A stretch of 64,000 bases of DNA from positions 32,001 through 96,000 of the forward strand of contig CAWJCY010000006.1 of NCBI GenBank assembly GCA_963841565.1. Reading direction: 5' to 3'. The DNA comes from an uncultured Nitrososphaerales archaeon (GTDB lineage: Archaea > Thermoproteota > Nitrososphaeria > Nitrososphaerales > Nitrososphaeraceae). Positions within the stretch are counted from its first letter, which is position 1; the number at the start of each line of letters is the position of its first letter. Below, one piece after another: positions 56,244 to 64,000 of this stretch. The notes below the pieces were generated by a model. It saw nothing but the letters and a program-made list of their open reading frames with translations, ran no database searches and had not been told where the DNA came from. A program made the position numbers and the translations under genes.

Positions 56244-56807
56244 TTAGTACTTATGCTGATGTTTGTAAATCGGAGAATTCAAATCACGTTGCTGAAATAA
56301 CGATTTGATTCGTTTCACACCGTTTATCGTTGCTATGAATTCAGCCGTTGTGTGAGGGACTAGGCTCTGCCAGTCCCTATCTATTACCATTCGACGTCGA
56401 ATTTGGGTTGCTGACAATGCTCTTCTCTTATGTAATCGTGGTTGCACTACCTTTACTCCCCTTTCGGTAAAAAGGTTTTTCGTAAAGGGATCATTTGTAT
56501 AAACCCTGTCATATCGTGGCACAAGTAAATCCATCTGATATGTCCAGAGATAATGAATATCGATGTCTGGAACCGGGATCAAAATAATCCTATGCTCATC
56601 AATTTCTTGCTCTGCGGTTAGGGTCTCACGGATCATCTCTATACGTTCACCTGCTGTAAACGGATTTCTAAATTCATGGCTCCTTTGAGAACTTCCGACC
56701 ACTATTATCAATTCGTCTACTTCTTTAGACGAATCTCTCACAGCCGATAAATGGCCCAAGTGGAACGGTTGGAACCTTCCCACAAGAATCCCTCTTGCTA
56801 TTGCCAT
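56244..56807 (-). CDS. nadM: Nicotinamide-nucleotide adenylyltransferase
   Basis: GRFQPFHLGH, GSSQ, NPFTAGER, SATQIR. Confidence 0.93.
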   Translation of the reverse strand: MAIARGILVGRFQPFHLGHLSAVRDSSKEVDELIIVVGSSQRSHEFRNPFTAGERIEMIRETLTAEQEIDEHRIILIPVPDIDIHYLWTYQMDLLVPRYDRVYTNDPFTKNLFTERGVKVVQPRLHKRRALSATQIRRRMVIDRDWQSLVPHTTAEFIATINGVKRIKSLFQQRDLNSPIYKHQHKY

Positions 56808-57187
56808 AGCTTATTACCCCCGTAGATGGAGGTCCAATTTAAAGGAACATAGTTAGTATTAGGTTATCGAAAACAAGCCAACAAATTCGCGTCATAGGAA
56901 TGTACCAACCCTTTTTTAAATCGGCTTTCAAGCATAGGACCAATGGGATATGGGAGTGGTTTTCAAACAAGAACTAGCAGGGATACCTGTGATTTTCGAG
57001 AAAAAGGATTAATTGCAATAGAATTGACTATATTTTATTAGGAATCTATCTAGTATGGAATACTGTTAGATCAGCTCTTGGTGTCTTTTCATTAGGTTTT
57101 TTACTATAAAGACATGGAGTTGACGAGAGGAAAAATATAGGAAGTAAAACTATTTCCTTTAATATGTCAACGATCCTACTATAATCA

Positions 57188-57586
57188 TTGTTTCCTGTAC
57201 GCAAGAAGGAAAAAGACGCAATGATGAGGAAGAGACAGCAAAGTGTTCCATATGGACCTTGGTTCAATGATCTAAACAAACTGACAACTGAAGAACTTAT
57301 GCGCATGTACAATGTGATTTCAACAGGATCCTACGAGTTTGCAAAGAATGCTTGGTATTTTCCAATAGGAGGTGACCAGAGGTGTCCGATAATGATCGCC
57401 AAAGGCTATAAGCTTCCAATTACATCAAATGAGATGATAGACTTCCAAGATATAGCTTTAGGCCTCGAGAAACAATTCAAAGAATTCGTCGATGCATGGG
57501 ACTACGGGAAAATTACAACAAGAGATATAGAGAATGCAATACTTGAGTTGTTCGAAGTCAGAAGCATTAAGATTATTCAAGATTAG
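57188..57586 (+). CDS. Hypothetical protein
   Basis: 132-aa ORF with natural composition; start uncertain. Confidence 0.6.
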   Translation: MFPVRKKEKDAMMRKRQQSVPYGPWFNDLNKLTTEELMRMYNVISTGSYEFAKNAWYFPIGGDQRCPIMIAKGYKLPITSNEMIDFQDIALGLEKQFKEFVDAWDYGKITTRDIENAILELFEVRSIKIIQD

Positions 57587-57905
57587 ATCGGAATGCTAAT
57601 GTATCTCAGAAAACCGGCAACGTGATTTACATTTCCATTAGGTCGTGGGTAAGACAATTTAATCATACAACGTGGTCTCTTACCCCAAAATGAAGCGTTC
57701 ATGATCCAATGACTCAGATTCAGTAGTTCAAATCTACACCTTCATTTGTGGATCATTTTTCTCTACAGTGAAATCCCAACTCATATCCTTAAAGACGCAG
57801 CAAAGAATATCGGGCAAGGCCTGCACAACACCTTTGAGCGTTCCCAAAACAATTAATACCCTATAACATGCAGGAATTACTCCAATTCGTTGTGGGTAAT
57901 ATACG

Positions 57906-59321
57906 ATGAGGGATCTGAAAAATAATGTACCCGATTCTAAACATGAAATGAATGACAAAAATGCTTCACCCGGAGACTGGGTAGTCGTAACTACACACAA
58001 CGGAGATACATTTCAAGGTACTCTTATGCCTAGGTACGCATCAATGGATAAGAAGCACGTTGTCCTAAAATTGAAGAGCGGATATAATCTAGGAATTTTA
58101 TCTTCTAAGGTAAAGTCTATCTGTAAATCTGAACACAATTTAGGACGTGCTACAAATCTTGTAGATACTGCCAAGCCAATGCTACAAATAGAGAAAGAAA
58201 ATTTGCAGCCTGTTCACAAAATTTCACTTATTGGCACCGGCGGCACGATTGCCAGTAAAGTAGACTATCGGACAGGTGGAGTAAGCGCTGCATTGTCTGC
58301 GTCAGAGATCTATGATGCTGTACCAGAGCTTAGAGAATATGCATCTATAGACGCTGATTTCATGTTCAATGAATATAGCGAAAATCTTGAGCCTCATCAT
58401 TGGACTCGGATCGCTAACAGGATCGCTGAGAAAGTAAGGAGTGGAGGCTATCGAGGCATAGTGGTCTCACATGGTACTGATACGATGCACTATACAGCTG
58501 CTGCACTGAGTTTTGCTCTTCACAATCTGCCTATCCCAGTAGTTTTAGTTGGATCTCAAAGATCATCGGATAGACCCTCTTCCGACGGAGCCCTTAATCT
58601 TATAGGTGCCACGATTTTCGCGATAAAATCTCCTTATGCTGGAGTGTTTGTTGCGATGCACGGAAGCACGTCAGATGACTTTATCTCCTGTCATTTGGGA
58701 ACAAGGGTTAGGAAGAATCATACAAGCCGACGAGATGCATTTGAATCAATAGACAGGTTGCCTATCGCCACAGTGAACAATACAGAGGTGAAGATAGAGT
58801 CACAATTTATTAACATGGATATTCCAAATCGTCTTAATAATTACGATGCAAGCTTCTCCAAAAAACTTGAGAGTAATTTCGAAGTCAAGTCGAAATTTGA
58901 TCCAAGGGTTACTCTCATAAAATACCACCCAGGACTAGATCCAAGCTTAATTGGATATGCAGTCAAAACTGGTTGCAGAGCAATCGTTCTTGAAGGAACT
59001 GGATTAGGACATGTAGGAAGAAAATTCTTCCCTGAGGTCGCAAAAGCCATCAAATCAGGTGTGTTGATATTTATGACATCTCAATGTATCTGGGGAAGGA
59101 CGAATATGAAAGTCTATGACACAGGCAGAGACTTGATCGAATTAGGGGTTTTGCCTCTTGAAGATATGACTTCAGAGACGGCTGTGGTAAAGGCGATGTG
59201 GGCAATTGCTAACTCACATGACAATGTAGAGGCAGCAAAAATGATGGAAAGGAACATAGCTAATGAAATATCTTTAATGTCTCCGATAAATAGACGATTG
59301 CTGTATTATGGGAAGGATTAG
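57906..59321 (+). CDS. gatD: Glu-tRNA(Gln) amidotransferase subunit D
   Basis: [58 protein letters not shown]. Confidence 0.96.
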   Translation: MRDLKNNVPDSKHEMNDKNASPGDWVVVTTHNGDTFQGTLMPRYASMDKKHVVLKLKSGYNLGILSSKVKSICKSEHNLGRATNLVDTAKPMLQIEKENLQPVHKISLIGTGGTIASKVDYRTGGVSAALSASEIYDAVPELREYASIDADFMFNEYSENLEPHHWTRIANRIAEKVRSGGYRGIVVSHGTDTMHYTAAALSFALHNLPIPVVLVGSQRSSDRPSSDGALNLIGATIFAIKSPYAGVFVAMHGSTSDDFISCHLGTRVRKNHTSRRDAFESIDRLPIATVNNTEVKIESQFINMDIPNRLNNYDASFSKKLESNFEVKSKFDPRVTLIKYHPGLDPSLIGYAVKTGCRAIVLEGTGLGHVGRKFFPEVAKAIKSGVLIFMTSQCIWGRTNMKVYDTGRDLIELGVLPLEDMTSETAVVKAMWAIANSHDNVEAAKMMERNIANEISLMSPINRRLLYYGKD

Positions 59322-59326
59322 ATAGT

Positions 59327-61301
59327 TTGACAACCAAAGCACCTAAGACCGGTTCTAAGTATTCCATTCCAGAATTGGACTCAAAAATTTCAGGAGCCAA
59401 TGTAATGGTAGGCTTGGAGATACATCAACAATTGGCTTCTCAGAGTAAGCTCTTCTGTGAATGTAGTAACAAAGGCGCTGAACAGTCAACCCTGACATTC
59501 ATGCGTAAACTGAGACCTGCATATAGTGAGCTGAGGTGGGTACGATCCAGCAGCCCTCTTCGAAGCAACAAAGATGAAATCTATAAGATATCACAGTCAT
59601 CCCGCCACGAGTTGTTTAGTTGAGGCAGATGAAGAACCACCTCATTCCGTTGATAAGGAGTCTCTCGAAACGGCACTTATAGTTGCGTTGGCGCTTCATT
59701 CTAGGGTAATAGACGAGATTCACGTTATGAGAAAAATTGTGATTGACGGATCCAATACGACTGGATTTCAACGGACTATGTTAGTTGGCACAGGAGGGTA
59801 CCTTGAAATAGATGGAAACAAGAAGGTGGGAGTACAAAGCGTATGCCTGGAAGAGGATGCGGCTCGACTCCTTTCTGACGACAATACCGCGAGAGATTAC
59901 TCCTTAGACAGATTAGGTACTCCATTGGTTGAGGTAGCACTTGAACCTATGAGTGGAACGCCTCAAGAAGTATTACAAGTTGCGGTAACATTAGGAAGGC
60001 TGCTCAGAGCTAGCAAAAGAGTGGAGAGAGGTATAGGTACTATAAGGCAAGATATCAATGTCTCGGTCAACGGAGGAGCGGTAGTAGAAATTAAAGGGAT
60101 TCAGCAACTAGATCAGCTCATCAAAGTTATAGAATTTGAAACAACAAGACAACTTGGCTTGATACAGATCGCAGCTAAATTGACTCAAAGACTTACCCCT
60201 CACGCCTCGGAACACAATAAATATGAAATTCAAGAATCCACGGTAAAAGATGCAACTGACATTTTAAGACGCTCTTCCTCTAAGGCAGTGGTCCAGATTT
60301 TAGAGAGAGAAAGCACACAATTTATGGCGATAAAGGCAGAGGGATTGAATGGAATCTTAGGGTACGAGCCCTATGCTGGGGTGAGACTTGGCAGACAGTT
60401 AGCTGAAATAGTAAGATTCTATGGGTTAGGCGGAATTTTTCATTCTGATGAACTGCCTAACTATGGAATTACAGAGTCCGAAGTTGCAGCAATCAAGGAA
60501 AGATTGGGTATGGCAAGCGGACGTGATGCATTTATTTTGATTGGCGGTGACAGTGATAGGGTTCAATTCGCCGTTAATGCAATTCTTCAGAGGTTGGAGA
60601 AGGCAACGCAAGGTGTTATACCTGAAACGAGGGCAGCGACGCTGGATGGGAAAACGATTTTCATAAGACCGAGACCTGGGTCAAGCCGAATGTATCCTGA
60701 GACTGATGTCCTTCCTATAAAAATAGATGATTTGACTTTGGATTCATTGAAAGCCTCAGTGCCCAAACCATTTGAAAGTTACATAAAAGATATAATGCAA
60801 AGATATCACCTTAACCGCAAACTAGCCCTTGAGATTTTTGACTCTGATCGCCTGAAACTCTTTGAGAACATAGTCAAAAGTACAAAGGTACAACCAACTT
60901 TTATTGCCTCAAAAATAACAGAAGATCTCACTAGCCTAAGGAGGAAGGGCTTGAATCCAGATAGACTTTCCGATAAGTCGATTAAAATAGCATTTCAATT
61001 GCTTGATGCAGGCGATATAGCGAAGGAATCGATTCCAGTAATACTTGAGACTATGCTAACGAAGGATCTCGATGATGTAAAAGAGGCCATTCAGACTCTT
61101 GGTCTTAAACAAGTAAGCGAAAGTGAACTAAATGAAATCATAGACAAGATAATCGGTGAGAACATGGTCTTGATTAAACAAAAAGGGAGAGATTCGTTGG
61201 GAACACTGATGGGCAGGAGTATGTCATTACTAAGGGGCAGAGTAGATGGAAAAACGGTAAGTTCCATTCTTGAAAGTAAATTGGAACAAAGTCTATCGTA
61301 G
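59327..61301 (+). CDS. gatE: Glu-tRNA(Gln) amidotransferase subunit E, split by one extra base at ~59533
   Basis: [13 protein letters not shown]; removing one base gives [14 protein letters not shown]; then [50 protein letters not shown]. Confidence 0.94.
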
Positions 61302-61466
61302 AGTAGCGTAATTTGCAGTTTCGAGTTTATCTAGCAATATGCGAATACGACCTACTTGATGCGATGAGGATTAATTCATCCTGGTTACGTCCAGATTTTT
61401 CGCTGAATATTTTATAACAGAATTTATATTGTTCATTTGTGTTAAAATGCATGAATTTGGATTAGC

Positions 61467-61766
61467 ATGAATGGTTCAACTGAAAGCGCCACAACTTCTA
61501 CGTCAAATGTTCTGGCTTCAACAAACAATGAAACAAATCGAAAGGCAAAAGAAGCCATTTTTGTTCTATGTGACAATTGTCACTGGGCTGCGACATTTAT
61601 TGACAAGTCGAGATTGGATCTCATAGAAAATGGTTGTATTATATGTGAGGAATCTCTTGTTTCGAGTTTTCCGATTCTTGATAATGAATCATTTACCATT
61701 GATATTACTGAACGAAGGGGTGTAGAATTGAACTTCGGGGTCCGTAGGAAAAAAAATAAGACTTGA
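61467..61766 (+). CDS. Small zinc-ribbon protein
   Basis: FVLCDNCHWAAT...CIIC...RGVELNF. Confidence 0.75.
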   Translation: MNGSTESATTSTSNVLASTNNETNRKAKEAIFVLCDNCHWAATFIDKSRLDLIENGCIICEESLVSSFPILDNESFTIDITERRGVELNFGVRRKKNKT

Positions 61767-61867
61767 ATAATTCTAATTCCAACCACTCAAGTTTAAGTAA
61801 CCAATACAAAGTATCGAATCGAAAATGAGATGGGCCTTTCGAGGCTAAAATTATGAGATAACCCTTA

Positions 61868-62284
61868 TTATACCTGCGATTTTCCACATGACCTGCAAAA
61901 TTTGGCTTTAGAGTTAATTTCTGCACCACAACCGTTGCAGCTCCGTTTGAATGGGCTTCCTGGTGTGTTTCCGCTAGATATACTCGGGACAACGACGTTG
62001 TCTGACTCGCTTAACTGATGTGGTTCAACTTGCGACTTACCTCCTTTAGTTTCCAGGTTGCTCTTTAACTCGAGGACAAACCGTGCCTCCAAGAAGTTTA
62101 CTTTGGTCAGATCCAGTAGATAATCGCTTAACTTGTAAAAAAAATTAACATCATCAATCTTACCTTTCTTGTAAAGCTGAGCATCATCGATGAATGATTC
62201 ATACTTATCCTGTACGCCTTCTAAGACCTGCTTTAGCTGCTCTCCTAGTTCGGCTAAATTGCTCTTAGAAGAACCTTTCGACAT
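61868..62284 (-). CDS. Helical protein with C-terminal zinc ribbon
   Basis: CNGCGAEINSKAKFCRSCG. Confidence 0.8.
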   Translation of the reverse strand: MSKGSSKSNLAELGEQLKQVLEGVQDKYESFIDDAQLYKKGKIDDVNFFYKLSDYLLDLTKVNFLEARFVLELKSNLETKGGKSQVEPHQLSESDNVVVPSISSGNTPGSPFKRSCNGCGAEINSKAKFCRSCGKSQV

Positions 62285-62450
62285 TATAATACTCCTATTT
62301 TCTAGGACTAATATATCCTATTGATGCCATCGGTACATTTTCATTATGCTGTTCAAAAAGATGTGTCATCTCATTATTAAGATTTAGCGAAGCATCATTG
62401 CCTTGATAAAACACATTAATATCGATTTGAAGTCCAACTGAAGCACTAAA

Positions 62451-62525
62451 GGAGGGGTTGTCTAGACTGGTTAGGATACCTGCCTTACACGCAGGTGGTC
62501 ATGGGTTCGAATCCCATCCCCTCCA
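62451..62525 (+). tRNA. tRNA-Val(TAC), intron-less
   Basis: GGAGGGG/CCCCTCC acceptor, CCTGC-CTTACAC-GCAGG anticodon arm, ATGGG-TTCGAAT-CCCAT T arm. Confidence 0.95.
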
Positions 62526-63047
62526 TTGCAGTAATGGGTTTTAGCTGACCTTATAAGTGTAAACTGGTACAGCTCACAAATGTATGATATATCTAGGGTA
62601 ACTCGCGACGAGGATGATATCTTGGGTGTTAGGAAGTTGATGAAATTGTGCTTTTGCGCCAAATTTGTGCCATTGAATCAGCAGTTTCAGAAGAACATTG
62701 GTTGATTGTCTTACCCTAGGCGTAGTGTACGGAGGCATAAATTTTTTTTAATTTAAGGGAGGCAAATTTCCGTGAAGCTTCGGATGACAAGGTTGTATTC
62801 GATTAGAATTTCAAAAGATAAACACCAAAGCTGGTCGACGTCTCATATCGCAACAATTAACCTTACTATTTGGAGAAGTATTTGCACCTTGTCAAAACGG
62901 TCTTACAAATAAATCTCTAGAAGCTCTTTAACGTATGTTTGGATAATCAGAAAGAAGTGGTAAAGTTGTTCTGCCTTTTTTCTAATAAATGATAGTAGAA
63001 TTGGTAATAGTTGATAGAGGAGGCAGAATTGATAAGTCTGATAAGCA

Positions 63048-63668
63048 ATGAGTGCCCGCATTTTTACCCCCGATATAAAGGTAGAACATGTAATTTCATT
63101 TAGTGACGCGGTATTTGCATTTGCCATAACTCTTATGGCGCTCACAATCGATATACCTGATTTACCTCTAAATCTTAGTCAATCAGAACTTTTACAGAGA
63201 CTAGATGATTTTTATCCTCAGTTCGAAGACTACGTTATTAGTTTTGCTGTTATTGCGACCTTCTGGATATCATATCATCAGGTTTTCAACCATATTAAAA
63301 GTTCGCATATCTCGATGGTTTACCTTAATCTCTTATTTTTGTTACTCATAACTCTACTATCATTAACAACTTCATTTGTAACGAACTACGCATCGTATCA
63401 GATACCATACATTATTTACTGCATAGTAGTAATTATGGCAAGCTCGTTACTTGTATTAATATGGTGGTTTGCCACAAGGCAGCACCGATTAGTAGACAAA
63501 GGGATACATCCACTATTCATAAAGGGCACCTTCTTAGTCCTTCTATCGCTACCCATAATTTTTGGTATTTCCATAGTTATCTCCTTTGTTGATTTAGATA
63601 TTGCACAATATTTCTGGTTAAGTATTATCCCAGTGAATATCTGGATTAGACACAAGTATAGACATTAA
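63048..63668 (+). CDS. TMEM175-family (DUF1211) potassium channel
   Basis: FSDAVFAFAITL signature, YVISF..I..FW..YH, NLLFL; ~6 TM. Confidence 0.9.
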   Translation: MSARIFTPDIKVEHVISFSDAVFAFAITLMALTIDIPDLPLNLSQSELLQRLDDFYPQFEDYVISFAVIATFWISYHQVFNHIKSSHISMVYLNLLFLLLITLLSLTTSFVTNYASYQIPYIIYCIVVIMASSLLVLIWWFATRQHRLVDKGIHPLFIKGTFLVLLSLPIIFGISIVISFVDLDIAQYFWLSIIPVNIWIRHKYRH

Positions 63669-64000
63669 ATGACTTGCCAATGTAGAAATCCCAATATGCG
63701 TTGTACGAGCTTGTAGGGACTATGGTAAACATTGAACATCTGAAATAAATTAGGTTTTAAATGTATACAGTGTCCAGAGTAGGCCATCTTTTAATGGGTC
63801 CCAATGTGGAAAGAATCTATATGACCAACACGTTCGATACGAAGATGAGAAGAAATTATCATTTGTGACTCGCTTTCGATTGGATTGCAATCCCATCTCT
63901 ATCGACTTTGCAGTCGATACCTTGGTCTTTCTAACAGGAGCGATTTCTATTTGTGTGAGTTTATTATACCTGAAAGGATTCGAGTACCGAACATGTCCTT

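Noticed and set aside
29302-61301. DUF54, tiaS and gatE as pseudogenes or programmed frameshifts
   Set aside because: Each is repaired by deleting one base, both halves are undegraded, there is no slippery heptamer, and tiaS/gatE are expected to be essential; sequencing error is more parsimonious
62471-62662. 63-aa minus-strand ORF and many other short antisense ORFs in the track
   Set aside because: They overlap a tRNA or well-supported genes on the opposite strand and show no motifs
62526-63047. Gene-poor stretch after tRNA-Val as an integrated element boundary
   Set aside because: No integrase and no duplicated tRNA 3' end seen within the window

Overview
AT-rich archaeal chromosomal segment. 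Gene content and style point to an ammonia-oxidising thaumarchaeon (Nitrososphaerota, probably Nitrososphaeraceae-like): rps26e, rpl32e/rpl19e, aIF6, GINS, Cbf5, TiaS, GatDE, archaeal CobT, stand-alone Lrp/AsnC domains and many CxxC microproteins. It is mostly housekeeping DNA, with three tRNAs: Ser-GGA with a canonical intron, initiator Met with two non-canonical BHB introns, and Val-TAC. I saw no CRISPR array, integrase or IS element. The most unusual elements are: (1) a ~2.8 kb GC-rich gene for a secreted, modular silk/elastomer-like protein (poly-Ala/Gly blocks, Pro-rich heptads, Cys-paired repeats, Gly/Asp tail); (2) nearby, an array of 10-bp palindromes (ACTCATGAGT) phased at exactly 11 bp; (3) a ThrC-like gene co-transcribed with a ubiquitin-like/E1 fusion, plus a separate sulfite reductase-rhodanese operon, suggesting a protein-carried sulfur relay; (4) single-base insertions that split tiaS, gatE and a DUF54 gene. 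These are probably sequencing errors; two abut AGCT sites, and an orphan m4C-type methyltransferase is encoded in the same window. All family calls come from motif recognition by eye, not database searches.
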